From: Eledone cirrhosa
Taxonomy: Eukaryota
DNA length: 64,000 nucleotides
Reading direction: 5' to 3'
NCBI GenBank assembly: GCA_964016885.1
Contig: OZ024741.1
Coordinates: 323,640,001 to 323,704,000, forward strand
Every line of letters begins with the position of its first letter. The first letter of the stretch is position 1. The position numbers and the translations under genes were made by a program. Positions 28,087-40,300 of the stretch are shown here, piece by piece. The notes below the pieces were generated by a model, which was not told the DNA's origin, searched no databases, and saw nothing but the letters and a program-made list of their open reading frames with translations.

Positions 28087-31000
28087 GTATGTTTTGAGTT
28101 GTATGTGTGCATGTGTATATGCTTTGTATCTTTATATGCAGTTATTAGATGCAAAATTTTTGGAATGTTTTACATATTTTTACTGTTCCATTAATGGATT
28201 GTACTTGTAATTTCCTAACTAGTTGTGTTCTTTCTGTTCCTGTGAAGCCTAGCTTCTCAAGATTTGTATTGAGGCAGTTACTAACATATCCCAGTGCCCC
28301 AATAATCACAGGCATAAATCTGAAGGTGTAATCAGGGTGGAGTATCTGCAGATTTCTCATCAGTTCTGCATAAATATTCTCCTTTTCGCTAATCTTTGAT
28401 ATTATATTGGCATCTGCTGGGCAGCAAATTTCCACTACTGTGCATGTTTTCTTCTCCCTGTCCCATATCATAATATCTGGTCTGTTATGCCTGCATTTTA
28501 TTGGGTTTTTACTGGAACATTCCACCAGTACTCTTTCATATTATGTACATGGATGTCTTTCACATTGTTGTAGCTTTTAATGTGTTTATTATCGGGGCTA
28601 TCTTTTTTACTAACTGCATTGTACAGTGTTTTGGCCACTACATCATGCCTCATAGGTAGATAGTACCGCGATGACATCTTTGGACAGCTGCTGATAACAT
28701 GGGTGATATCCTCGATGTTAGTTCTGCAGAGTCTGCACTTGTTATCACATCTAGGTGTTTTGCCTGCGTCTCTATCTCTTTTGTGAATCAGGTATTTCCT
28801 GCTAATCTCCTGTTCTTGGATTGCAAAAGCGTATCCTTCAAAGTGGGAGCCAATATAGCGGTTGTTGGTCCAAGATAGACTACTTTCCTTATCTATATTA
28901 CTCTCACTCTGGAACTTCCTGGCAACATATCCATGCATGATTTATGCTGATAGGCATGCAGTTTTTCATCCATGGATTCACTGCGATACTGCTGAGCGAC
29001 ATCCCTGGGTGTGAGCTTTTGATTATCACACAGGAAATATCTCTCAAGGAGTTCCTTCCCAACTCTCATGATCTTATCTGTTTCATGCAGATAGACTTGC
29101 TCGAGAAGCGGGCTCCTACGCTTCGAGGTTCGTAGATGTTGTCGGAGAGATATGATGCGACATTCAAATATTGTCTGGACTGATGTTAGACCTCTGCCTC
29201 CCTGCTTACGTTTCAAGTAAAGGCGGTCTATGTCACTGTTAATGTGGAAGTTTCCGGTGTTGTTCAGTATTTTTCGAGTTCCAACATCAACTGCTCGGAT
29301 TTCATCTATCGTCCAATTGAGTATTCCAAACGTTGGTGTTAGGACAGGCACAGCAAACACATTGTGAGCCACTGTTTTGTTTTGCGCAGAGAGTTCCGAT
29401 GACCAGATCTTTCTTAATCGGGTGTAGTATTCCCTGGTTACGCGTTCTTTATTACAGATACCATTATAGGATATGTTCTCATCTATCCCCAGGTATCTGT
29501 AGCAGTCCTCATCAGATATCCGTGAAACAGTTAGACCATTGATAACAATGTTGCTAGATTGGGTTGTTGTTTTTTTTCCGCTTTACAGTCATGTATGAGC
29601 ATTTATCCTGGCTAAACTCCATTCCTATATCCTTTGAGAACGTTGTAACCAGGTCAAGATTTTTCTTCATCCCATCCATGTTCTTGGCATAGAGTTTCAG
29701 ATCGTCCACAATGAAGTTATGGGTTAGGTTCGTATTTCTGTCCTCCTGTGAGCCAATGATGTATCCCTCACATTTCTTGAGCAGAAAGGACAAGGGGTTT
29801 AATGACAAGATGAACAATATCACAGAGAGACTGTCCCCCTGAAATATACCCCTGCAATATTTTATTTCATCAGTGAAAATAGAGTCCTCCCTCTCTGTCT
29901 TTAACCTTAGGATAGTAGCCCAAGAAGAAGACAGCCTCTCTATGGCTCTGACAATAATGGCTGGGACTTTAGCAAGTTGGAAGGCCTCTATCATCCAAGA
30001 GTGGGGAACAGAATCGAAAGCTTTCTTGTAGTCCAGCCAGACTGTAGTCATATTCCTCCTAAGTTGTCGCACCTCCGACATCGCAGTTTTGTTGATTAGG
30101 GGTTGTTCAGCACATCCCCAAACCCTTTTCTTTCCAGCTGCTTGTTCATCTGTGATGATGTTATTATTTTCACAGTGATCTTGGAGGAATAAGTTCGGGC
30201 AGGCTGTATACATCTTATACGTCAGGTTCTTGCATGCAATGGGTCGGTAGTTTTTTGCCAAGTGGGTGTCTTTGTTCTTGGGGACCAGTAACGTTTGTGC
30301 TAATGTGAACCATTCTGGTATAAGTGTATCTCCCTTAAGAACTTGTTGGTAGAGGTCAGTAAGATACCTCCGATAGAATATCAGTTTTTTGTACCAGTAG
30401 CCGACAATCATGTCTCTTCCTGGTGTTTTCTTATCTTGGAGTTTTCCTATCACAGTTTCAAGGGTACCCTCACTTATTTCATATGTTTTTGTTGTAGTGT
30501 AGGAGCAATAGTTCTTTCGGATTTCTCTTAGCCACACTGCATCTTGGTTGAAATTCTTCTTTTCACCCCATATTTTTCTCCAAAAGGAATCTATGTCTTT
30601 CTGGGATGGGGCCTCAGTGACACTTATTATTTTGCCCTTCATATCTCTATAGACTGATGTTTGGTTTCGTCTGAATCTTTTATTTAGCATTTTTCTCTCA
30701 TCTAGCTTCTTCAGGTATCGGCGTTTTTCGCTAACAGCTCTCAATTCTTGTTTGAGGGTGATCAGCTTATATTGGAGAGTTCTGGTTCTACTGTTACCAA
30801 ACATCGTCTCTATTTTATTTTTCACTCTTTGTTGGTGAGGAGTGAGTTTTTTTGTGTTTGTTTGCATGTAAGGAGCATTACCACATGTCCTATGTTTTTT
30901 CGTAGGTCAGCACTCTTTTTTTTTATTTTAGTTATATATGATGGTATTTTTGGTGGTGTTTTGTTCTTGTTAATATCTCTGCTATCATCAAGATACTGCT

Positions 31001-32040
31001 TCACTGTCATTGCTAAGGCATATAAACAAACGTTGATTTGCCAAAATGTTGGGGTTTTTATCCGTCGTAAATATTCATCCCCTATTTCGTCAATAACACG
31101 TAGTATTTCATTATTTGGCTTTTTATTCACCATTGTCATTTTAACACGTTCAACCAGAGAGATATTCATACATGAGTTAATTTCTCTCTGGAAGATTTCG
31201 TTGAGGGAAATTTTCAATTGTTTATACTTTTGATTATCATTATCGATAGTATTTTCCACAACAGTCGAGATAGACTCGGATGGTATACGTGGTGTCACAT
31301 TTATTCGATTATTATCATTATTTCCTCGATTATTATTATTATCGATAGTGTTTTCACCAGCATTCGAGGTAGACTTAGATGGTACACGTGGTGTCAAATT
31401 TCTTACAGGCATAGTTGTTTCAAGGCGCTGTTCGACCTGGCTGCTAGGAAGTCTAGTAGCATGGCGATCTGTAGCACGTGTTGTTGATTCCATGTTTGTT
31501 GTGGGGGACTTACAATTAATCATATTTATCTTATTTTTACGTTCAACAAACGTCGCTTGTTGGCGTAATTGTTTCGCTGTGAAATAATTTAGCTCTGGGT
31601 GCATTTCGTCCCAGTGTAGCTTCATTCTATTCATATAGCCAATGGAGGGATTGGTTTTTGCCATTTTATAACAATTAAATAAATCATTATTAAGTTCGCA
31701 ACTCCAAGAGAAATGCGATTTATAATTTCGCTTTCTTCTGTAGCTACAACTGAATAAAGTTTGATTACCTTCTTTGTTATTTGTCTTCGATACTTCCTTA
31801 ATTTTCTTGTTGATGTTGTGTTCAGCCATGCCGTTTGTAGCAAATCCTTGTAAAATGAATTATGTATTTAGTCGGATATCTCTACGAATTCGAATAAAAG
31901 GTGTCTTCAGAAGGGATAGTTAGAAGAATAACCAATTATTCAACCAGGCTGTAGTTGTGGCATTACTGTCGGAGATAGTATTCATCTTAAATTTAATAAA
32001 TAGTCTCCCACGGCAAAATATGCGACTGATCGCGTTGACT
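28087..32040 (-). mobile_element. R4/Dong-type retrotransposon family B, copy 1 (frameshifted ORF 31829-28145)
   Basis: WLDYKKAFDSVPH, RGIFQGDSLS, IVDDLKLY, CRLC..HVISSC, RHNRPDIMIWD. 5' end abuts (TATG)n at 32045-32124; distal 3' UTR missing. Confidence 0.95.
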
Positions 32041-32138
32041 GACTTATGTATGTATGTATGTATGTATGTATGTATGTATGTATGTATGTATGTATGTATG
32101 TATGTATGTATGTATGTATGTATGTGTGTATGTATTTA

Positions 32139-32747
32139 TGTCAGGTCACCAGTTGGTGCTACTGGTAACATGTATCCCAGTACAACCTGTCTCATGGTCG
32201 GGTCGTTGGCGACTAAACTGGCAACCCCACCAAGGTTTCTTGGTGAGGAGGGTGACTTTGGACATCCTGCAGGACTAAAAACAAAACCTGTCAAAGAGCA
32301 AAGGAGCTCTTAAGAGTCAATGGCCATCCAAAATCACCGGGAGAGATGACCCTTTAGCCTTTGTCAAGGCAGAATTCTAGGAGAAGGAAAATTCTGATAT
32401 AACACCTGCAACCCTGATGGTATCCAATGATGTTGACTTGTTCTTCTTTTTGGTAAATGTCATCTTGGTTAAGAGAGTGGGACTGGCTTTGTGCAGTTCC
32501 TTTGCTCACTATAAAAGCTTCACGGCACAGTCATTGCTTTATATCTGGAGATCTCTCTGCACTTGTCAACACATGGTTCCATGGGCCCAGCACTATGTGT
32601 CAATAATTGTCACAAGTGTAGCATTTGTACCAGAGTTTTCAAGTGGTTGGCTGGACTAAAAATCACACTCGTTCAGCGCATCGGTAGGGGTTCTCCTACA
32701 TGGATATAAAGTAGTGGCCGTACTCGAAAACGAGTTGGCAGCCACCA
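32139..32747 (+). mobile_element. Bipartite non-autonomous RTE-derived element with (TGTA)n tail
   Basis: RTE-type 5' UTR motif TCTAGGAGAAGGAAAATTCTGA, no ORF, terminal hairpin ACTCG-AAAA-CGAGT then TGTA repeats. Confidence 0.6.
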
Positions 32748-33195
32748 TGTATGTATATATGTATGTATGTATGCAAGTACGTACATGCATACATGCATAT
32801 GAAAAAAAGACGGTAGATTTATCTTCAAAGAAATTCTAAGAACCATAAGAAGCTAGAAATAATGTCTAAATACATGTCTGAATGAAAGAAATTTGCCATT
32901 ATATAGAATGATGTCTTGCTTGGAGCAATTGAAGAACTGTACTATGGATGATCTTCAACTATTCATTGATTAGACTGATTAAACTATTGGAAAGTTTGCC
33001 ATAAGTAATGTATATATTCTCACATTTATGATAATTTTATCTTCCAGCTTTTCTTTCATATTTGTGAGTGTGTTTCTGCATGTATGCATAAATATGTACT
33101 TGTACACACACACACCCACATATATATACTCTCTCTCTCACACACACGCACACATATATATGTATATGTATGTATATGTATATATATATATGTGC

Positions 33196-33278
<83 letters not shown>

Positions 33279-34074
33279 AAGTGGAATTGGAAATAGCACG
33301 GAAAATATATTTAAAGATCTGTCTTTCTTTTTTATTCTTTGATTCGTCAAAGTGACATTATTGAAACAATGAGATGAACAATTCTTAAAAAAAAAGGACT
33401 TTCATAATGTATATAAAATATACATTATAAAACTACTTTATATAATAATAAAGAAACACTTGGGAAGAACACTATAGTGAAGAATATCAGGTCTACGAAA
33501 CGTATGATAAATACATAATAATTAAAAGGTTAAATTAAAATTTACAGACCCTCCTTTATAATTATAAAACACTTAGACAAACTCAAAGAGGAGAATGTTT
33601 CGCCATAAACAGTGTCGGTACCATAAACTCTCAGGGCTCATCGGCAGATCTAAAGACGATATGGTCGAGACTTCAGACAATTGATATATCGCACATGGTG
33701 AGAGAAGAAACGAAAACATGCACGCCAGACAGTACATACTGGCTTGAATGTATAAAAAAACCCGCTGGAAATAGCAGCCTATAACCATTCAAATTAAAAA
33801 GCTTAACTAACTTAAAGAAATGTGTTAGGAGCCAAAATATCAAATGAAAAACGGAGTTAAATATACACGTTAATCCCCTGTAATTTAATGAGTTCAAGGA
33901 ATAAGTACCGAACTCTTCATAATACACTCTAGTGGTTCTATATTCCTCGTAATTGAAAAGATACCTCTTTTTTCTGTTTTCTTCTCTATACTGTATATGT
34001 ATGTCGAGAATCAATCGACTTTCGTCAAATCTGACCCAGCAAACAACGTTTCCATTGGTCTTTCAAATTGCTAA

Positions 34075-34110
<36 letters not shown>

Positions 34111-34114
<4 letters not shown>

Positions 34115-35824
34115 CGAAGGAATGTGGTAAGGAACCAGGTGGACCATAACGCACCAAAGTACTCAATACTTAGGGTAGTAGAGTGGGTAATAGGAACGAA
34201 TAGGGCCCCGACGGCTGAGCTCAAGCCGTTTCGACGGCTAATTCTGTACTGAATAAACATTTATTCTGGTATTTAAATAGCCGAGCTTATCAAGGGGTAA
34301 TTCCATATATGGTCGAAGAGATAATGACCAGGATTGGTCACATCACAGGTTAGTAGTAAATCTGTGATGGCAAATTGGTGGGGGATGGGGTAGCTAAACC
34401 TGCCGGTAGGAGAAAAAGGGAGAGGGGTGGAGTAGACCCATTCATGCGTTGGTAGTGCCAGCTACAGCTGGGCGTGAGGTCAAAGAAGATACTGGGGAGG
34501 GGGAGGGGGAGGAAGTCGAAACGGTAAGTAGAACAATGAAAGGTAAAACTATAAAAGGTACTGGGAGAGAAAAAAATAAAATAAGCAAAATCTGGTTACT
34601 AAGACTTAAGTCTCTCGCTATTGCTAGGCTAAAGAAATACATAAATAAATAAACAAATAAGTGAATAAAAGAATAGATAAATAAATTTTAAAAAAAAATA
34701 TATATATAATGAAGAATAAAAAAATAAATAATAATAATAATAAAAATAAACTAGGTGGGACGGAAATAAAGGGACCCTTATACGAGGTATAAGTGCGTGT
34801 ATCGTACGGTGACGGGTCAACAAAGGGGGGGGGGGGGCAAAATACTAAAGAGACCACCACGAAATAATAAAGGTTTCTACCCCAATCACAGGGCCAGCAA
34901 CCACCCAGTGCAAGAAAGTAAACTAGTACGAGAATATAATTCAGGGTCCCGCAAAAAAATACTAGTGCTAACTCTAAGGGTACCGCCACGGAACAAAAAG
35001 TCTTATACAAGCTACATGAAAGATCGTAAGAAGTAAAAGTAAAGAACGGAAATTTAATACAGAAACACCCCCCCCCCCAAAAAAAAAAAAGGAAAAAGAA
35101 GAAAGAAATACTGGATAAACGAGAAATTAAAGCAAAGATGCCACTAAGAAATATAGAAGGCACGGAAAAGAGTGACGGCGGTCGGAGAAGGGGGCGAGTA
35201 TCCAAAGTCTAACACCTCTGCTATAAAAAGCGGAGTCAGCCAAATCTATCATAGAATAGGGGAGGGGGTGGGGGTGCTGAAGCTACAAGGGACCGAGGGG
35301 CTACCTCGGGTGGGCGAGAAAAAGACGACGACAAAGAAAAAGAAACTGCGGTAGAAGGACTAGGGAGGGATGGGGGTAAGGAGGAAATATAGAGGAAGCG
35401 ATAAAAGAATGTAAAAGAAGATCTTACGTCTCCATTGGCAAGCAGGGGTTACCCATTACAAAATAGGCAAGTGGGGTGTTATAGCCCTAGTCTACCCCCC
35501 CCCCCCCCCCCCCCGGGTCATTATGGGGTTTGAGGGCGAGGTAGGTCCTACGTAATCGGTGTTTACATGCACTAACCAGTTCATCTTTCTTGTTTAGGAG
35601 TTGGTCCGTCGAAAACAGCATTTGTAAAGTTTCCTCCGAGCATAAATTGCACGGACGGCGTCCTCCCGTGTAAGAGTTGGCTCTGGACAGTAATTTCCAA
35701 GTGAGATCATAATTGATGTTGTTGTCCTTGAGGTCCCATATGTGGCCCGAAAGTGTAGTGGCGTGACGCCGGGCCGGGTTTCGGAAGCTATGTCTGTGTT
35801 GGTATAGCCGGGTCTTGAAGTCGC
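34111..35824 (-). mobile_element. 5'-truncated Penelope-like element: GIY-YIG endonuclease C-terminus, long 3' UTR, hammerhead
   Basis: FKTRLYQHRHSF..TTLSGHIWDLK..WKLL..CNLCSEE..LLNKKDELVSACKH (35824-35487); (TA)n at both ends. Confidence 0.85.
34205..34298 (-). ncRNA. Type I hammerhead ribozyme, U3-A8 core variant
   Basis: CCCC-UUGAUAA-G..CGGCUA..GAAUAA-AUGU-UUAUUC..UAGCCG.C-GAA-ACGGCU-ugagcuc-AGCCGU-C-GGGG; GUC at 34212-34210. Confidence 0.8.
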
Positions 35825-35837
35825 TATATATATATAT

Positions 35838-36636
35838 CTTCTCTGACTTCTTAATATTCTCTACCAGATATTTCGTCTTAATCTCATTCATTCTCATCCC
35901 CACGCTCATCGACACAGTCTCTACCCCCTGCATCAAATCTTCTGCCTCCTTCACTGTGTTTGACACCAAAACTATGTAGTCGGCAAATTGAGCATCCGAT
36001 ATCTTTTTCGCCTTAACTCTCCTGCTCTGAACCGGTGTTACAGTAAAGCCAGAGTCCTGGTGTTTCTCCAACGCAAAGCGCATACAATAGTCCACTGCGA
36101 TGATAAAAAAGGTAGGGAACCAATGTATATCCCTGGAGCACTCCAACCAGTATCTCAAAGAACTCATCCCATGACTTCCTGTATTTGGGAGCAAAGATTG
36201 GGAATATGGATGATGATGTAGTCGAGAGGAAGAGCAAAGCCTGGGCGGCTTGCCACAGCTTGTGATCGGTGTGGAAGTCGGATCTTCGTGAAGGACCTGA
36301 AGATCCGCCTCTTCGTTGCTGTAGTGGAGTCTGTGCTGCTGTAGATGTCTGAGACTTGGACACTGACCAAGAAACTCACTCAGATGCTGGATGTGTGCTA
36401 CACGAGAATGCTGAGGATGGCTCTGAACATTAATCAGGATATACCGAGGAAGAACTCTGAGCTGTACGGGAGCCTCCCAAAAGTGAGCTCAAAAGTGACA
36501 CAGAGGAGACTGAGGTTAACATATGTTGATGCCCTAAGGACAGACACTGGTCTCTTGAAGACGCAGGACATCGCAGCGATAATGAGGGACTGAGACTGCT
36601 GGGGAGAACTCGTCCATGGATCTCGAGAATTTGACC

Positions 36637-36638
<2 letters not shown>
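35838..36638 (+). mobile_element. 5'-truncated RTE-type LINE with 5' inversion
   Basis: 35838-36169 minus: GVLQGYTLVPYLF, FADYIVL, KTKYL. 36171-36638 plus: DFLYLG, KAWAACHSL, ESVLL, ETWTLT. (CT)n tail. Confidence 0.85.
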
Positions 36639-36701
<63 letters not shown>

Positions 36702-36754
36702 GTGAAAGAGTAAAGAATAGCATGGTCGGCTGTACAAAAAGGGTTTTATTTACT

Positions 36755-37045
36755 ATAAAAGTAAAGGAGAGAAGAGGGCTCTATGTATAGTACAGAGCTA
36801 TTTAAATATGTAATAAACAACACAATATAATTATCCCATTATCCAAGGTTTCACGAAGACAGGCGACCCCAACAGAGGCTTCCGAAGTCGTTCATCGGAA
36901 GGAAAATTCTGACGAACGACTCTGTTGGGGGTCACATTACTTCGTTAAACCTTGGGTATTGGAATAATTATATTGCGTTGTTTATTACATAATTAAATAG
37001 TTCTGTACTATACATAGAACACTCTTCTTTCCTTCACCTTTTCTA
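36755..37045. repeat. Imperfect inverted repeat (about 120-bp arms) with decayed hammerhead motifs, in (TA)n
   Basis: CTGACGA at 36909-36915; arms carry (G/T)AAACCTTGG(G/A)TA. Confidence 0.7.
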
Positions 37046-37051
37046 CGGAAA

Positions 37052-37113
<62 letters not shown>

Positions 37114-37387
37114 TGTGTGTGTATATTTGTGTATGTGTATGTATATGTACTAACGTCATCACTCTGAAGGGATTTTGATGTCGATGTAGTCGCCAGAAGA
37201 TACAGAACCCCGTCCGGCACCATTCCTTTGATCAAACGGAACATTCAGAATGTAAAAGCTGGAAGGAGAGAGGGATGAATCAACATTGGATTGGTACTTA
37301 GTTTATTCTCAAACCACTCCGCCACACGCCTACACACACACACACACACACAATAATAATAATGATAATAATAATAACAATAATAAT

Positions 37388-40300
37388 GTTTTCTTTATTA
37401 ACCACAAGGGTTTACATAAAGTAGACATTAAGGACAGTACAGGACAATACAGGACGGTACAAATGGGCATTTCTGCGTGTAAAAAAACAGAGGATGTAAT
37501 AAAATAACAAAGAAAAATTCCCCAATAGGGGGGAGATTTCCGAGGGACATTTGTGGAGAAAGCACATTAAAAGACCACAGTGACGCTGACCACCAGGGCA
37601 AGTGCCCTCTCCCAGTTTTCCACCTTTAATTTACAGACACATACTCAGAGTAGGCCCATTCACTCGGGCCATACCTGCTTCTCTCACCCATCTTTCAACA
37701 AAATGCTGGGAAGAGAGCACTTCCCTCTCTACCCTGATTTTCCTTTTCAAATGAAATTTGAAAAAGTTAATCAGGGCATCACCGAAGAGGTAAGTGCTCG
37801 TCTTCAGCCCTTTCAAATGTGTCCACCATACTATCTCTTTCGCCATGGCCACCAGACAGATAAAAACTGCCTGCCCTTCCCGGCTAAAGGAAGGGGGCGG
37901 GGCAATCCTCACGATGGACTCAGCTGATAGCTGGATTCGTCCTACACGTGACAGCAGGTGTTCGACATAAACCCACAAGTCAGCAATGCTCGGACACTGG
38001 ACGAGTGCGTGCAGGACGGTTTCGTCGCCCTGCGCGCATCTCGGACATGCCCGGCTGACGGCACCTCCATGTCTGTAGAGTTTATCCCGAACTGGCAAAG
38101 CTCCCCGGTAGCACTGCCAGGCCAGGGATTTCTGGAAGTTGTCCATAGGCCCCGACCCGAAAGTCCGTCCGAAGAGATTGGCTAGTTGATTTTCGTCGAC
38201 GCCTAGAATTTCTCCAAGTGCGTCGTCGCTCTTCCCCTCCACTAATCCTCTATAGAACGCCAAGGTGGAGTTTCCACCGATCACATTTCCCGATTGGTCG
38301 AGGGCTGTGAGCGCCTGAAGAGATTCCAGTCTCCAAGCGCTCCCTCTCGGTCTTCGCTTGACCCAGGACTGCAGCTCCGTCAAGGAGACGAGCTGGGGAA
38401 AGACGTGTCTAGCAAACGGCGACCACACCTGATCACCGTCGAGGAAGAGGTGGATATGTCGTAGCCTGAGCGCGTGTCTGCGCATCATCAGCCACGGCAT
38501 GCCCAGCCCTCCACGTAGCGGGTCTTGACAGCAGATGGACCGCCTGACCATCGGAGCGCGTCCTTTCCACAAAAAGCGAAAGAACAAACGCTCTAGCGCA
38601 GTCAGGAGGGCGGTAGTAGATGACGGACGCGATGTACGCGTTAGCCACCTCCGCTCAACCTTTCAGGGATATCTTCCTCTCCGCCCATTTCTGGGTGAGA
38701 GAAGCCACCCTGCTCGTCACCTCGTCCCAGTTTTTGTCAGTCTGGAGGTCCGGACCGAACCAGACCCCTAGCAATTTAACCGGTCCGTCCGTCCAGCGCC
38801 CGACGACGCTGTTGGACGGCATGGACCTGCCTCTCCAGGTGCCGAGCTGCAAGCCCACTGACTTTTCCTGGTTGATCATTGATCCTGTCACCGCTTCGTA
38901 TTCTCTTAGTCTAGTGCCGATCGCCTCGATGTGTTTGGCGTTCGACACCACTACGGTGACATCGTCCGCATATGCTGACACGGATCTTCCGCATCCTAGA
39001 TCGCGCGGGACCCCCCTCAACGTCTCGAGTTTGTGCAGTAATGGCTCGAGAGTCAATACGTACAAAAGGGACGAGAGGGGACATCCTTGGCGGACCGAGC
39101 GCATGATGTTGAACGGTTCCGAAAGGTGACCGTTCACTCTCACCACAGAGTAGATGTCGTTGTGCATGGCAGCGATCCAGCCTCTGAAGACGGGCCCAAA
39201 GCCTGCCGCCCTCAGGACTGCCGCTAGGTAACGATGGTCGACCCTATCGAAAGCTTTCGACTGATCTAAATTTATCAAGGACCCACCCATGCCAGGTTCC
39301 CTAGCTACCCTCTCTACGATGTATCGCATGAGGTGGAGGTTGTCGTGGATGGATCTGTCGGGAATGACGCATGTCTGCGCCTCTCCGACCAGAACACCAA
39401 CGACAAGCGCCAACTTCTTTGCTAGCACCTTGGCCAAAATCTTGAACTCTGTGTTTAGCAGAGTTATGGGCCTAAAATTATCTATGTTATCCCCCTTGTT
39501 CGGATCCTTTCTCAGCAGCGCCACCGCTCCTCGGCTCACAGAGCTGGGAATTCTCCCGTTCTGTTGTCAGTTGCAGTAGACGTCCGCCAAGAGGCCTCCG
39601 AACAAGTCTGGCATTTGTACGTAAAGTTTATAGGGTAGACCATCCAAACCAGGTAATTTACCCCTTGTGCAGCCAGTCATTGCCTCCCGTACTTCAGCGG
39701 CTGTTATCGGTTTTTTGCAACACTCCGCCTCAGTGGCCGAGAGCCGCGGCAGTCCGTCGAGGTAGACACTAAAGTCCATCCTCGATCCGGCCCGCCGCTG
39801 CCCCGGAACAGTTGAGCGAAGTGTCGCTGAAAAGCTTCACACATTTGCCCGGGATCGAGTAGCATACGCCCGTCGTGGTCCACCAAAGACCGGATCGTGG
39901 CTTTGTTGCCACGACGCGCCTCCGCCACTCGGGCCCATTGAACGGCTTTCGTCCCCTCGTGTCTGCGAGCACGCACCCTAGCTCTGACAACGCAGCCTTC
40001 GTGCTTTGCATTGAAGAATTGGTCAAGGGCCAATTTCGCCGCAAGTACGTCGGTCGCGATGCCTTTGCAAAGCGCCTCGTCTAATTTTCTAACTAATTCT
40101 CCCTCTGCTCTATTTTTCTCTATTGCTAAAGCCTTACTAAACCTAATGGACTCTATTCTAATTGCTCTTTTCAGAGCAAACCACCACTTGTTGTTGACGA
40201 TGGCCCCCGTCAACGCCCGCTTAACTAGTTCGCTAATCCGGTCTCTGTAGGCCTTGCGCGCTGGTAAGGACGTGTTTAGCTTCCAGTAGCCGGGTCCTCG

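Noticed and set aside
32139-32225. Possible HDV-like ribozyme in the RTE-type 5' UTR (CCAGT/ACTGG, CUAA)
   Set aside because: P2, P4 and J4/2 are suggestive but P1 and P3 could not be assigned by eye; needs a consensus sequence.
35487-36194. 235-aa ORF fusing an RT segment to a GIY-YIG domain
   Set aside because: Chance in-frame junction through (TA)n between an inverted RTE fragment and a truncated Penelope element. The RT motif is broken (FADY) and frameshifted.
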